The translations under genes were made by a program, and so were the position numbers. A stretch of DNA of 46,571 nt from the NCBI GenBank assembly GCA_947461595.1, contig CANHLZ010000001.1, forward strand, positions 1 through 46,571. The letters run 5' to 3'. The stretch comes from Bacteroidota bacterium (GTDB lineage: Bacteria > Bacteroidota > Bacteroidia > Chitinophagales > Chitinophagaceae). The notes below the pieces were generated by a model that saw only the letters and a list, made by a program, of their open reading frames with translations, searched no databases and was not told the origin of the DNA. Shown in pieces: positions 36,144-46,571 of this stretch. The number at the start of each line of letters is the position of its first letter. Within the stretch, counting starts at the first letter, position 1.

Positions 36144-37496
36144 TTATTGTAACATCCATTGCTTAAATGCAGCATAGTTAGCCGCCAAGGGGATAGAGAC
36201 TTTTTGTTTGTCTAGTAAAAATTGAACCGAAGCGGGTATAGCAATTTTTTCTCCAATGGCTTCCTCCACCACTTCAGGAAACTTTACTGGATGCGCAGTT
36301 TCTAAAATGACAGCTTTGGCAAAATTATTTTTAGACAAATAAATTTCTGCTGCTGCAAAAGCCACTGCCCCATGAGGATCTAAAGTGTAATTGTTCGTTT
36401 TGTAAACCCTGGCTATAGTAGATTTAGTGGTGGCATCATTGATACTATAACTGGTTAAAGCTTGCGTTAGATGGGTAAAATTATTTTGAAGGATCTCCAT
36501 AATTCTTACAAAATTACTTGGATTGCCTACATCCATGGCATTGGATACTGTGGCAATGGCTTGATGTATTGCATATTTTTCAGTAGCTAAATACCTAGTG
36601 ACTACATCATTGGCATTGCAGGCTGCTACAAAATGTCCCATGGGTAAGCCACTTGCCTTAGCCATCATACCGGCACATATATTACCAAAATTACCACTAG
36701 GCACTACGATATTCATGGCTGGATAATTTCCTTGCTCATCTTGGTATAGTTTTACCCATTGTTGCCAAGCAAAGAAATAATACAATTGTTGTGGCAACCA
36801 CCTGGCAACATTAATAGAATTAGCCGATGTTAAATTATATTGTTGATTTAACTCCCCATCCATAAAAGCATCTTTTACAATGGCTTGACAATCATCAAAA
36901 CTTCCATCTACTTCTAGTGCCGTAATATTTTGTCCGCAAGTAGTTAATTGCAATTCTTGTATCAGACTTACTTTCCCTTTGGGATATAAAATAATTACAT
37001 TCACCCCCTCCACTCCTAAAAATCCATTGGCCACTGCACCTCCTGTGTCGCCACTCGTAGCTACTAATACTGTTGTTATTGGGGAAGATATATTAGACCC
37101 TAGCAATTTGGATGCTGCTTTTTCTTGTTGGGAAAAATAACCCAAACACCTGCTCATAAATCTGGCGCCTACATCTTTAAAAGCTAATGTGGGCCCATGA
37201 AATAATTCTAAACTTGAGATAGAAGAAGTGATAGTCACCAAAGGAAAATCAAAATTGATGGTCTCTGCACAAATTTCTTGTAAAGAATCGTCGTCGATAG
37301 TGCCACCCACATAAGGCTTCATCACTTCAAAAGCCAAACTAGCTTTATCTAAGGTTTTAAATCTTTCAATTTGTGCTGCAGTAAACTTTGGGATGTCTAT
37401 AGGAAAATACAAGCCCTTATCTGGTGCTTGTCCTGTGATAGCCGCTGTTTTAAAATTAACATGGGGCGATTGTTTTCCTAAACTATAATACTGCAT
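36144..37496 (-). CDS. thrC: Threonine synthase
   Basis: ELFHGPTLAFKD, ATSGDTG, SANSIN, VPSGNFGN, TAHPVKF. Confidence 0.96.
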   Translation of the reverse strand: MQYYSLGKQSPHVNFKTAAITGQAPDKGLYFPIDIPKFTAAQIERFKTLDKASLAFEVMKPYVGGTIDDDSLQEICAETINFDFPLVTITSSISSLELFHGPTLAFKDVGARFMSRCLGYFSQQEKAASKLLGSNISSPITTVLVATSGDTGGAVANGFLGVEGVNVIILYPKGKVSLIQELQLTTCGQNITALEVDGSFDDCQAIVKDAFMDGELNQQYNLTSANSINVARWLPQQLYYFFAWQQWVKLYQDEQGNYPAMNIVVPSGNFGNICAGMMAKASGLPMGHFVAACNANDVVTRYLATEKYAIHQAIATVSNAMDVGNPSNFVRIMEILQNNFTHLTQALTSYSINDATTKSTIARVYKTNNYTLDPHGAVAFAAAEIYLSKNNFAKAVILETAHPVKFPEVVEEAIGEKIAIPASVQFLLDKQKVSIPLAANYAAFKQWMLQ

Positions 37497-37542
37497 ACTT
37501 ATTAAATTCTTTAAATACTATTCCTAACTTATAAGTAAAAAC

Positions 37543-38556
37543 TTAAGCTTCCACTTCCACGCCCGCTTGATTAATGGTGGTGACATATGTATGATGCGGT
37601 AGGCCGATACCATCATACAATTGATTCATTTCCTTCTCCACCGCTATAGCAATTTCCTTTGTTTTACTCAACATAAAAATAGATGGTCCTGATCCTGAAA
37701 TTCCTCCGCCTAATGCGCCCGCTTGCTTGCAGGCTTTTTTTAATTCGTCGAATCCTGGTATTAAAATAGATCGTATTGGTTCTATAATTACATCTTCCAA
37801 GGATCTTCCAATTAAATCATAATCCGATTTCATCAAACCCACTACCAATCCCGCAATATTTCCCCATTGCTTGATGGCATCTTTTAATAAAACCTTTTGT
37901 CTTAATATACTTCTTGCATCTGCAGTTCTTACTTCTATTTGAGGATGTACAATGGTTACATACAATTGTGGGGAAGGCAAAGCCACTACCTCCAATGGAA
38001 AAATAGATCTTACCAAAGTAACTCCTCCAAAAATACAGGGAGCAATATTATCGGCATGCTTTACACCCGATGCAAGTTTTTCTCCATTCATTGCAAAGCG
38101 TACTAAATCATCTTTTGAAAATAAATTGCCTAATAAATAATTGGCACCTACCACCGCACCCGCCGAACTGGCTGCGCTAGAACCCACACCACTACCAGGT
38201 TTTATTAACTTATTTATTTTAACTTCAAATTTTATTTTTGTTGTTGCAGGTATCTTTCCAGTGTTGGGTGATGAAATTCCTTTCGTTATTGTACTTTCTT
38301 TTATTTTTTCATCTAGCTCTTCCAAAAGAGCAATTAAGGCTGCTCCCGCTACATTCTTTTCTGGGTCGGTGGGCAATTGATACTCATCTATATTAATTAT
38401 AGTGATACTAGGTTCCTCGCCTGATCTTTCCATCCACCTCATTTCCATCTCATCGTAAGGATTGTTCACTGCAAAGCCCAATATATCAAATCCGCAGACC
38501 ATATTGGCTACAGTAGCAGGGGCTTTAATTTTTATCCATTGATTTGCAGCAACCAT
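37543..38556 (-). CDS. thrB: Homoserine kinase
   Basis: APATVANM..GFD, PGSGVGSSAAS, HADN, ISGSGPS. Confidence 0.95.
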   Translation of the reverse strand: MVAANQWIKIKAPATVANMVCGFDILGFAVNNPYDEMEMRWMERSGEEPSITIINIDEYQLPTDPEKNVAGAALIALLEELDEKIKESTITKGISSPNTGKIPATTKIKFEVKINKLIKPGSGVGSSAASSAGAVVGANYLLGNLFSKDDLVRFAMNGEKLASGVKHADNIAPCIFGGVTLVRSIFPLEVVALPSPQLYVTIVHPQIEVRTADARSILRQKVLLKDAIKQWGNIAGLVVGLMKSDYDLIGRSLEDVIIEPIRSILIPGFDELKKACKQAGALGGGISGSGPSIFMLSKTKEIAIAVEKEMNQLYDGIGLPHHTYVTTINQAGVEVEA

Positions 38557-38614
38557 TTTCTACAATTTTTCTTTTTTATGAGTGGAGAAAGTTTTATGAT
38601 TCAATTTATAAAAA

Positions 38615-41083
38615 TTATACTCTTGCTGCTCTTATAATATCTGCAAATACCCCCGATGCGGTTACATCGGCTCCCGCACCTGCACCCTTCACCACCAAAG
38701 GCAGTTCTGGATAACGCATACTATAAAACAATACCAAATTATCTTTACCATACAAATGATAAAAATCGGAACTTGGTTTGATATGTTGCAAACCTACTTG
38801 AGCCGTCGTTTTTCCATTGGTTTCAAACTTAGCTACAAATTTTAATTTACACCCCTCTGCAGCTGCAGCATCATATATTTTTTTAAAATGTGCTTCCTGT
38901 TTTTCCATTTCATTATAAAAATCATCTACTGATCCATTAAAACAACTGGCTGGTAAAAAAGCGTCATTGATAATATCAGCCATTTCTAATTTGGTTCCAG
39001 CCTCACGTGCCAATATCATTATTTTACGCATTACATCGGTGCCGCCTAAATCCAATCTTGGATCTGGCTCAGTGTAGCCTTCCGCTTGCGCTTGTTTAAC
39101 TACTTGCGCAAATGTTTTTCCATCCGTTCCTCCTGCATAATTATTAAATACAAAATTTAAAGTACCCGATAAGACTGCTTCAATTTTATTGATACTATCT
39201 CCACTTCTCATTAAATCATTTAAAGTGCCTATAATGGGTAAACTCGCTCCCACATTGGTTTCAAACAAGAAAGAAGCATTGTACTCTCTTGCCAATGATT
39301 TTAGTTTTGCATAATGCTCATAAGGTGAGGAGCAAGCTATTTTATTACAAGCAATCACCGAAACCGCTTTCCCTAACAATGTAGTATAAACATTGGCTAC
39401 TGTTTCATGTGCCGTTACATCTACAAAGATGCTATTTCTTAAATTGTTCTCTAGTAGGGCAGCTACATAATCTGTAATATTACCTGGTTTAGCTTCTTTT
39501 AATTGTTCACGCCAAGTTGCTAAATCTATTCCATCTACATTGATTAATTGCTTTTTACTATTAGCTATACCCACTATATTAATTTGTAGTCTTAAGGTTT
39601 TTTGTAAATAAGCAACCTGCTTATTAATTTGGTCGATTAATTTTCCACCTACATTTCCAGCACCTGCAATATATACGTTTACTTGCTTATAAGAAGTTTC
39701 AAAAAACTCTTCATGTAATACGTTAATAGCTTTACGCACATCCTGCGTAGCAATCACCGCTGAGATATTTTTTTCAGAAGACCCTTGGGCTATAGCCCTT
39801 ACATTAATGCCATTGCGTCCAAGTACACCAAACATTTTTCCACTTACCCCTGGGTGACTTTTCATTTGTTCCCCCACCAAGGCCAATATAGACACTTCTT
39901 TCTCTATAATTAAAGGCTCTACTTTATGTGTATTTATTTCCTGCTTAAATTCGGCATCCACCGCTATTTTAGCTTGGTGCGCGTCCTGTATGTTCACGCC
40001 AACACATATAGAATGTTCTGATGAACTTTGGGTGATTAGAATAATATTGATTTGCTTTTTGGCTAAAGCGTCAAATAATCTTTTAGAGAAACCAGGAATA
40101 CCTACCATACCACTGCCTTCTAAACTTAACAAGCAAATATCTTTGATGCTAGATATGCCTCGTATAAAATTTTTATCTGCAGCCGATTCATTTTTTATAA
40201 TAGTTCCTTTATGCGCTGGATCAAAAGTATTTTTTATCCAAACCGGTATATTTTTTTGCATCACCGGTTGTATAGTAGGAGGATAAATTACTTTAGCGCC
40301 AAAATGAGATAATTCCATAGCCTCTTGGTAAGATATTTCTGGAATCTCTTTTGCATTTTGTACCATTCGCGGATCGGCTGTCATCATACCGCTCACATCC
40401 GTCCAAATTTCTAAGGCTGTTACTTCCAGGGCTGCCGCATAGATGGCGCCTGTATAATCAGAACCCCCTCTACCCAAAGTAGTGGTATTATTTTGTTCAT
40501 CAGAAGCTACAAATCCGGGTGCTACATACAAATCAAATTTATTCTCTGGCGCGCCAAAATAAGTTTGTATGGTTGTATAAGTCAAGTCCTTTTCTATCGC
40601 TGCATTAAAATAATTAGAATTTGTTTTCATTAAATTTCTAGAATCTACCCATTGTTGTTTAATCCCCTTGGATTCAAAAGTGGCGGAAATGATTTTAGAG
40701 GACAATAATTCACCATAGCTAATTATTTTATCCTGCATACGCATCGTTAACTCTTTAAGCATAAACAACCCTTCGCAATTGGCCTCTAATTCATTGGTTA
40801 ATTGTTTTACTAAACTTAATGTGGCACTTTGTTGTTGTATGGGCAATAAAGCACGTACTACCTCTAAATGTTTTTGTTCAATAGTTTCTACTATTGTTTT
40901 ATAAGCTTCATTCCCATTGGAAGCAGTTTGAGCCAACATTAATAATTGATCCGTAATTCCACTCATTGCAGACACCACCACAATAGTGGGTTCTTTCTTC
41001 CTACTATTAATTACAATTGCAATCATTTTATTGATTGCTTCTGCACTGCCTACCGAACTTCCTCCAAATTTTAAAACCTGCAT
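38615..41083 (-). CDS. thrA: Bifunctional aspartate kinase/homoserine dehydrogenase I
   Basis: VLKFGGSSV, LGRGGSD, two ACT domains, GAGNVGG, YTEPDP, GAGAGADVTA. Confidence 0.97.
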   Translation of the reverse strand: MQVLKFGGSSVGSAEAINKMIAIVINSRKKEPTIVVVSAMSGITDQLLMLAQTASNGNEAYKTIVETIEQKHLEVVRALLPIQQQSATLSLVKQLTNELEANCEGLFMLKELTMRMQDKIISYGELLSSKIISATFESKGIKQQWVDSRNLMKTNSNYFNAAIEKDLTYTTIQTYFGAPENKFDLYVAPGFVASDEQNNTTTLGRGGSDYTGAIYAAALEVTALEIWTDVSGMMTADPRMVQNAKEIPEISYQEAMELSHFGAKVIYPPTIQPVMQKNIPVWIKNTFDPAHKGTIIKNESAADKNFIRGISSIKDICLLSLEGSGMVGIPGFSKRLFDALAKKQINIILITQSSSEHSICVGVNIQDAHQAKIAVDAEFKQEINTHKVEPLIIEKEVSILALVGEQMKSHPGVSGKMFGVLGRNGINVRAIAQGSSEKNISAVIATQDVRKAINVLHEEFFETSYKQVNVYIAGAGNVGGKLIDQINKQVAYLQKTLRLQINIVGIANSKKQLINVDGIDLATWREQLKEAKPGNITDYVAALLENNLRNSIFVDVTAHETVANVYTTLLGKAVSVIACNKIACSSPYEHYAKLKSLAREYNASFLFETNVGASLPIIGTLNDLMRSGDSINKIEAVLSGTLNFVFNNYAGGTDGKTFAQVVKQAQAEGYTEPDPRLDLGGTDVMRKIMILAREAGTKLEMADIINDAFLPASCFNGSVDDFYNEMEKQEAHFKKIYDAAAAEGCKLKFVAKFETNGKTTAQVGLQHIKPSSDFYHLYGKDNLVLFYSMRYPELPLVVKGAGAGADVTASGVFADIIRAARV

Positions 41084-41105
41084 AACCCTTTCTTATTTAA
41101 CTATT

Positions 41106-42380
41106 TTATATTAAGTACCCGTATATATTATCCTCTCTGTTAATTTCTTCGTAATTGATTTGATACTTTTTCAAATTGGAAATAACGGCATTGTAATCTT
41201 GCTTTGATTTTAATTCCAATCCTACCAAAGCCGGACCTGCCTCCTTATTGTGTTTTTGAATGTATTCGAATCTGGTAATATCATCATAAGGTCCCAAAAC
41301 CTTATTAACAAACTCTTTCAAGGAGCCCGGTCTTTGTGCAAATCGTATTAAGAAATAATGTTTTAACCCTTCATAAGTTAAAGACCTTTCTTTTATTTCT
41401 TGCATGCGTGCAATATCATTATTGCCTCCACTTACTATACACACAATATGCTTCCCTTTTATTTGTTCTGCATAATCATCCAAGGCAGCTACGCTCATAG
41501 CCCCAGCTGGCTCTACCACAATGGCTTCTTCATTATACATCTGCAAAATCGTAGTACATATTTTCCCTTCTGGTACCAAGTGCATATCATCTATGACCTC
41601 CTTGCAAAAACTAAAAGTAATATCACCCACTCTTTTTACTGCCGCACCATCCACAAACTTGTCTATATTTTCTAATTCAACCGGCTCTCCTGAATTTAAT
41701 GCCCAAAACATACTAGGTGCCCCTTCTGGCTCTAAGCCAATTATTTTTGTTGCAGGTGATTTCGTCTTAAAATAAGTTCCTACCCCCGCTGTTAATCCAC
41801 CTCCTCCTACTGGAATAAATAAATAATCTATAGGAAAACTAGTTAATTCTTTAATGTCTTCTAAAATCTCTACCCCCACGGTGGCTTGTCCTGAGATAAT
41901 AGCTGGATGATCAAAGGGCGGAATAAAAGTCATACCATGTTCAATGGTATAGGCTTTGGCTGCCACCGCTGTATCATCAAAAGTATCCCCCACTAATTTT
42001 ACTTCAACAAATTCCTCACCAAACATTTTTGTTTGACTTACTTTTTGTTGTGGCGATGGAATAGGCATAAATACTACTCCCTTCACCCCCAATTTTTTAC
42101 AACTGTAAGCAAAACCTTGTGCATGATTTCCTGCACTGGCACAGACCACTCCTTTGGCCAACTGATCGGCAGACATTTGACTCATCATATTGTACGCACC
42201 TCTTATTTTATAAGAACGTACAATTTGTAAATCCTCCCTCTTCAAATAGACACTGCACTGGTATTTGCGGGATAAATTCGCATTGTACTGAAGCGGGGTA
42301 TGGCTAACCACCGACTTCAATCTTTTGGCTGCTCCCTCAATATCCAGTGCAGGCTTATTTATTTTCTTTACTTCACTCAT
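41106..42380 (-). CDS. ilvA: Threonine ammonia-lyase (short-form IlvA)
   Basis: KREDLQ.VRSYKIRGA, SAGNHAQG, VGGGG, SGGNND. Confidence 0.96.
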   Translation of the reverse strand: MSEVKKINKPALDIEGAAKRLKSVVSHTPLQYNANLSRKYQCSVYLKREDLQIVRSYKIRGAYNMMSQMSADQLAKGVVCASAGNHAQGFAYSCKKLGVKGVVFMPIPSPQQKVSQTKMFGEEFVEVKLVGDTFDDTAVAAKAYTIEHGMTFIPPFDHPAIISGQATVGVEILEDIKELTSFPIDYLFIPVGGGGLTAGVGTYFKTKSPATKIIGLEPEGAPSMFWALNSGEPVELENIDKFVDGAAVKRVGDITFSFCKEVIDDMHLVPEGKICTTILQMYNEEAIVVEPAGAMSVAALDDYAEQIKGKHIVCIVSGGNNDIARMQEIKERSLTYEGLKHYFLIRFAQRPGSLKEFVNKVLGPYDDITRFEYIQKHNKEAGPALVGLELKSKQDYNAVISNLKKYQINYEEINREDNIYGYLI

Positions 42381-42434
42381 ATTCTTTCACTTTAATATTA
42401 TCCTTTTAAAGAATAATAATTTTCAATCTGCTTA

Positions 42435-43490
42435 TTATTTAGCAGGTTGATTCTCTGGACGTAAACTTCTTACAGTTTTTCCAGCTTGCCACATTTCACT
42501 ATTGTGTAATTCGGCCAATTCCACTTCTAATTTTTCACGGTAATCTGCTTTGCTATTTAAATCGATTGAACGTGCAGATTCTTTTCCTGTAGCTACGCTA
42601 TTGTATAAATCGCTAAATACAGGCATAGTCGCATCACGGAATTTTTTCCACCAATCCAATGCACCTCTTTGTGCTGTAGTAGAACAATTGGCATACATCC
42701 AATCCATTCCATTTTCTGCTACTAGTGGCATTAATGATTGGGTTAACTCTTCTACCGTTTCATTGAATGCTTCAGAAGGGGAGTGTCCATTTTTACGCAA
42801 CACTTCATATTGTGCAGCAAAAATTCCTTGGATTGCACCCATCAATGTTCCACGCTCTCCAGTTAAATCAGAGAATACTTCTTTTTTGAAATCGGTCTCA
42901 AATAAATACCCTGATCCAATAGCAATACCTAATGCTATTACCCTATCCCAAGCTTTTCCAGTTGCATCTTGGAAGATGGCATAACTAGAATTCAAGCCAC
43001 GGCCTTGTAAAAACATTCTTCTTAAAGAAGTTCCAGAACCTTTAGGGGCTACTAAAAATACATCCACATCCGAAGGAGGTACAATTCCTGTTTGTTCGTT
43101 AAATGTAATACCAAAGCCATGAGAGAAATATAAGGCTTTGCCTTTGGTTAAATGTTTTTTTACGGTTGGCCACATCGCTATTTGTGCAGCATCACTTAAC
43201 AAATAACATATAATGGTTCCTTTTTCTAAAGCTTCTTCTATTTCAAATAAAGTTTTGCCTGGCACAAATCCATCAGCGATGGCCTTATCCCAACTTTTTG
43301 AATTTTTACGTTGACCAATAATTACATTCACCCCATTTTCTTTTTGGTTCAATGCTTGTCCTGGTCCTTGAACACCATAGCCTATTACTGCAATGGTTTC
43401 ATTTTTTAATACTTCTTGTGCTTTTGCTAATGGAAACTCGTCACGAGTAACTACATTTTCTTCTGTTCCGCCAAAATTTAATTTTGCCAT
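42435..43490 (-). CDS. ilvC: Ketol-acid reductoisomerase
   Basis: IGYGVQG, FSHGF, VAPKGSG, SDLTGERG, CSTTAQRG. Confidence 0.96.
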   Translation of the reverse strand: MAKLNFGGTEENVVTRDEFPLAKAQEVLKNETIAVIGYGVQGPGQALNQKENGVNVIIGQRKNSKSWDKAIADGFVPGKTLFEIEEALEKGTIICYLLSDAAQIAMWPTVKKHLTKGKALYFSHGFGITFNEQTGIVPPSDVDVFLVAPKGSGTSLRRMFLQGRGLNSSYAIFQDATGKAWDRVIALGIAIGSGYLFETDFKKEVFSDLTGERGTLMGAIQGIFAAQYEVLRKNGHSPSEAFNETVEELTQSLMPLVAENGMDWMYANCSTTAQRGALDWWKKFRDATMPVFSDLYNSVATGKESARSIDLNSKADYREKLEVELAELHNSEMWQAGKTVRSLRPENQPAK

Positions 43491-43550
43491 TTTACTTTAA
43501 ATTTAATTTGTGTTGTTTTATTATTTAATGAATTGATTGTTGCTAATTTA

Positions 43551-44153
43551 TTACATGGTAAATACCGCTTCTCTTTTCCCTAGGTATTCATTTTCAATGA
43601 CCTCCTCACTAGGTTCTCTTTTTTCAAAGTCTTTTAACTTTTCATGAAAGCCACTGCTTTCTTTGATAATAGCCACGCGCGCACTTCTTACAAATTCTAC
43701 CAAGCCAAATGGTTCCAAAGCTTTCATCAACTTATTGGTTTCTTCTCTATGTCCAGTGGTCTCAAATACGATAAAATCTTTTCTAATGGCTACCGCGCGC
43801 GCACCATATTCTCTTAATAATCTTTCTACTTTTACTTTCTCCGTAATTTCTTCCGACAATACCTTGTACAAAGCCAATTCCTGCCACACTATTTCATCGT
43901 TGGTATTGAAATACGCTTTTAATACTTCTACTTGCTTTTCAATTTGTCTTACTACTTTTAATACAATATCACGTGACTCCATCACTACAATGGTAAAACG
44001 ATGTATGCCCGCAATTTCCGAAGGCGAGGTATTTAAACTTTCGACATTAATTTTTCGACGCGAAAAAATAATGGCAATACGATTTAACAACCCTACTTGG
44101 TTTTCGGTATACACTGTTATCGTGTATTCTTGTTTTTCCGTATTTGTTTCCAT
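43551..44153 (-). CDS. ilvN: Acetolactate synthase small (regulatory) subunit
   Basis: ENQVGLLNRI..FSRRKINVESL ACT domain, ELALYK, EFVRSAR. Confidence 0.95.
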   Translation of the reverse strand: METNTEKQEYTITVYTENQVGLLNRIAIIFSRRKINVESLNTSPSEIAGIHRFTIVVMESRDIVLKVVRQIEKQVEVLKAYFNTNDEIVWQELALYKVLSEEITEKVKVERLLREYGARAVAIRKDFIVFETTGHREETNKLMKALEPFGLVEFVRSARVAIIKESSGFHEKLKDFEKREPSEEVIENEYLGKREAVFTM

Positions 44154-44182
44154 AGTATCTAGTTTTATATTTTATGTCTACT

Positions 44183-45934
44183 TTACTTAAGTCTTATTTC
44201 GTTCACACTACAACCCTGTGGTACCATAGGAAATACATTGTTCTCTTTGCCTACCATTACTTCTAATAGATAAGACCCCTTATGGGACAACATGGTTTGT
44301 ATTGCTTGCACCAGGTATTTTCTGTCTTCTACTTTAGCTCCTGCAATACCGTAGGCTTTCGCTACCATCACATAATCAGGGCTTTCTATATCTACAAATG
44401 AATAACGCTTCTCATTAAATAATTCCTGCCACTGACGTACCATGCCTAAAAACTGATTGTTTAAAATCATAATTTTCACGTCCACGCCTGTTTGCATGAT
44501 CGTTCCAAATTCTTGAATGGTCATTTGTATGCCCCCATCACCTATAATACCAATCACAGTTCTCTCTGGAGCCCCAAACTTTGCACCAATGGCTGCTGGT
44601 AAACCAAAGCCCATGGTACCTAATCCACCAGAGGTTACATTGCTTCTGGATTCATTGAACTTTGCATACCTACAGGTTACCATTTGATGTTGTCCTACAT
44701 CGGTTACCATCACTGCATTGCCCTGGGTGGTTTCATTTACAATTCTGATCACTTCTCCCATGGTCATTTCTTTTCCAGTAGGATACAATTCCTCTTTAAT
44801 ACATTGATCGTATTCTTTTTGATTATAATCAGCAAATACTTTTAACCAATCTGTTCTATCTTTTTCTTGTAGGCCTAAAGTAAGCAAGGGCAAGGTTTCT
44901 TTGCAATCACCCCAAACACCTACTGTTGCTTTTACATTTTTATCTATCTCTGATGGATCTATATCTAAATGAATCACTTTGGCTTGCTTGGCATATTTAT
45001 CCAACCTGCCTGTTACACGATCATCAAATCGCATACCTACTGCTATCAATACATCACATTCATTAGTTAATACATTAGGACCATAATTTCCATGCATACC
45101 CAACATACCAACATTTTGCGGATGATCGGTGGGTAAAGCACTCAAACCTAATATGGTCCAAGCAGCTGGCATACCCGATTTTTCTATGAATTTTTTAAAT
45201 TCTTTTTCGGCTTTTCCTAAAATCACCCCTTGTCCAAAAATCACCAAAGGTTTTTTTGCATTATTAATTAATGCAACTGCTTCATCAATATATTTTTTTC
45301 GAATCACCGGCTTTGGTCGATAACTTCTGATATGATTACAAAGCGTATACCCTTCATAATCGAAAGATTGTATTTGTGCATTTTTTGCAATGTCTATTAA
45401 TACCGGACCTGGTCTGCCACTTTTCGCTAAATAAAATGCTTTGGCCAATATACCTGGAATTTCGGTAGCATCGGTAATTTGATAATTCCATTTGGTTACC
45501 GGCATGGTAATATTGATAATATCCGTTTCCTGAAAAGCATCGGTGCCTAATAAATGCGCAAACACTTGTCCTGTGATACATACCAAGGGTGTGCTATCAA
45601 TCATGGCATCGGCCAGTCCGGTTACTAAATTGGTGGCCCCTGGACCACTAGTGGCAAATACCACACCCACTTTACCCGATGTACGCGCATAGCCTTGTCC
45701 AGCATGGATTCCACCTTGTTCGTGTCTAACCAAAATATGTTTTAGCTTATCATGATAATCATACAATGCATCATAGATAGGCATGATTGCACCTCCTGGA
45801 TAACCAAAAATGGTATCCACTCCCTCTGCTATACAAGCTTCTAATACTGCTTGTGATCCTGTTAATTTTTTTGTTGGAACTGCTATTTTTTCTAGTAGTT
45901 CCCCTTGTTCTTTTTCTAGTGTTTTCGTTGCCAT
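44183..45934 (-). CDS. ilvB: Acetolactate synthase large subunit
   Basis: FGYPGGA, RHEQG, TSGPGATN, GMHG, DVGQHQM, GDG..NN. Start re-assigned to ATG 45934, after the ilvD stop. Confidence 0.96.
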   Translation of the reverse strand: MATKTLEKEQGELLEKIAVPTKKLTGSQAVLEACIAEGVDTIFGYPGGAIMPIYDALYDYHDKLKHILVRHEQGGIHAGQGYARTSGKVGVVFATSGPGATNLVTGLADAMIDSTPLVCITGQVFAHLLGTDAFQETDIINITMPVTKWNYQITDATEIPGILAKAFYLAKSGRPGPVLIDIAKNAQIQSFDYEGYTLCNHIRSYRPKPVIRKKYIDEAVALINNAKKPLVIFGQGVILGKAEKEFKKFIEKSGMPAAWTILGLSALPTDHPQNVGMLGMHGNYGPNVLTNECDVLIAVGMRFDDRVTGRLDKYAKQAKVIHLDIDPSEIDKNVKATVGVWGDCKETLPLLTLGLQEKDRTDWLKVFADYNQKEYDQCIKEELYPTGKEMTMGEVIRIVNETTQGNAVMVTDVGQHQMVTCRYAKFNESRSNVTSGGLGTMGFGLPAAIGAKFGAPERTVIGIIGDGGIQMTIQEFGTIMQTGVDVKIMILNNQFLGMVRQWQELFNEKRYSFVDIESPDYVMVAKAYGIAGAKVEDRKYLVQAIQTMLSHKGSYLLEVMVGKENNVFPMVPQGCSVNEIRLK

Positions 45935-45945
45935 AATTTTATTTT

Positions 45946-46571
45946 TTAAGCCTGGTCCGTTACACATCCTTCACTTGCATCTTTTACCAACTGTGCATAT
46001 TTCCATAACACCCCATTGGTTACTTTTAGAACCGGCTTTGGTTGTGCTGCTCTTCTTTTTGCAATCGTAGCTTCCTCCACTTTTAATGTCATCGTTCTTT
46101 TAGGAACATTCAATTCTATAATATCTCCATCTTCTACTAGTCCAATCAAGCCGCCTTTATAGGCTTCGGGTGTGATATGTCCTATTACAAATCCATGGGT
46201 TCCTCCACTAAATCTTCCATCAGTTATTAAAGCCACCGACTTGCCTAAACCCGCGCCAATAATGGCTGATGTAGGTTTTAACATTTCTGGCATACCCGGC
46301 GCACCAATAGGACCTACATTTTTTATCACTACCACATCCCCTGGTTGTATTTTTTTTGAATTGATTCCTTCAATAAGTGCATGCTCTCCATCAAATACGC
46401 GCGCTGGTCCTTCAAATAGATCTCCTTCTTTACCCGAAATTTTTGCAACACTTCCACCAGTGGCTAAATTGCCATACATAATTTGTAAATGGCCTGTTGC
46501 TTTGATTGGATTTTCTTTTGGATAAATTATTTTTTGTTGATCAAAATCTAAACTAGGTGCTGCTGCTAAAT
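45946..46571 (-). CDS. ilvD: Dihydroxy-acid dehydratase, 3' part (runs off window edge)
   Basis: [29 protein letters not shown]. The frame stays open from 46479 to the window end. Confidence 0.96.
   Translation of the reverse strand, partial: LAAAPSLDFDQQKIIYPKENPIKATGHLQIMYGNLATGGSVAKISGKEGDLFEGPARVFDGEHALIEGINSKKIQPGDVVVIKNVGPIGAPGMPEMLKPTSAIIGAGLGKSVALITDGRFSGGTHGFVIGHITPEAYKGGLIGLVEDGDIIELNVPKRTMTLKVEEATIAKRRAAQPKPVLKVTNGVLWKYAQLVKDASEGCVTDQA

Noticed and set aside
42396-42418. AT-rich hairpin between ilvC and ilvA as a terminator
   Set aside because: The stem is weak and lacks a U-tract on the minus strand. At most it is a stabilising structure.
45935-45967. N-terminal extension of ilvB ([11 protein letters not shown])
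   Set aside because: It overlaps the ilvD end. ATG 45934 has a better context.
42550-46525. Antisense ORFs of 60-175 aa over ilvC, ilvN, ilvB and ilvD
   Set aside because: They are shadows of conserved housekeeping genes.
1-46571. CRISPR arrays, tRNA/rRNA, IS elements, prophage or anti-phage defence genes
   Set aside because: No spaced direct-repeat arrays, cloverleaf motifs, or transposase, integrase or nuclease ORFs were recognised. The intergenic gaps are short.

Overview
AT-rich window from a Bacteroidota genome, probably a Chitinophagaceae-like lineage. This is inferred from TAnnTTTG promoter boxes, AT-rich leaders without Shine-Dalgarno motifs and the gene families present. Bases 1-30.7 kb form a surface-polysaccharide region built from alternating-strand blocks. 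It holds two SLBB-exporter/Wzz pairs, three Wzi-like outer-membrane barrels, Wzx, a Wzy/ligase-like membrane protein, WcaJ, GT2/GT4/GT9-like transferases, methyl- and acyltransferases, a GDP-heptose operon (gmhA, galE-like, hddA, hddC, no gmhB) and gmd. It ends in a very AT-rich two-gene module: a PgsA-PgpA fusion coupled to an LtaS/MdoB-family transferase. Beyond it lie an M20 peptidase, a TonB-dependent receptor preceded by a His/Cys-rich leader ORF ending in RGPP, a nitroreductase, and a co-directional ilvD-ilvB-ilvN-ilvC-ilvA-thrA-thrB-thrC cluster. The best candidates for novelty are (1) the self-contained phosphatidylglycerol-supply and phosphoglycerol-transfer module, (2) the RGPP arrest-peptide metal sensor upstream of the TonB receptor, (3) an ops-like pause element with a pause hairpin upstream of the left export operon, and (4) the atypical heptose pathway. 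No tRNA, rRNA, CRISPR array or transposase was recognised. All calls come from motif reading by eye; no database searches were run.
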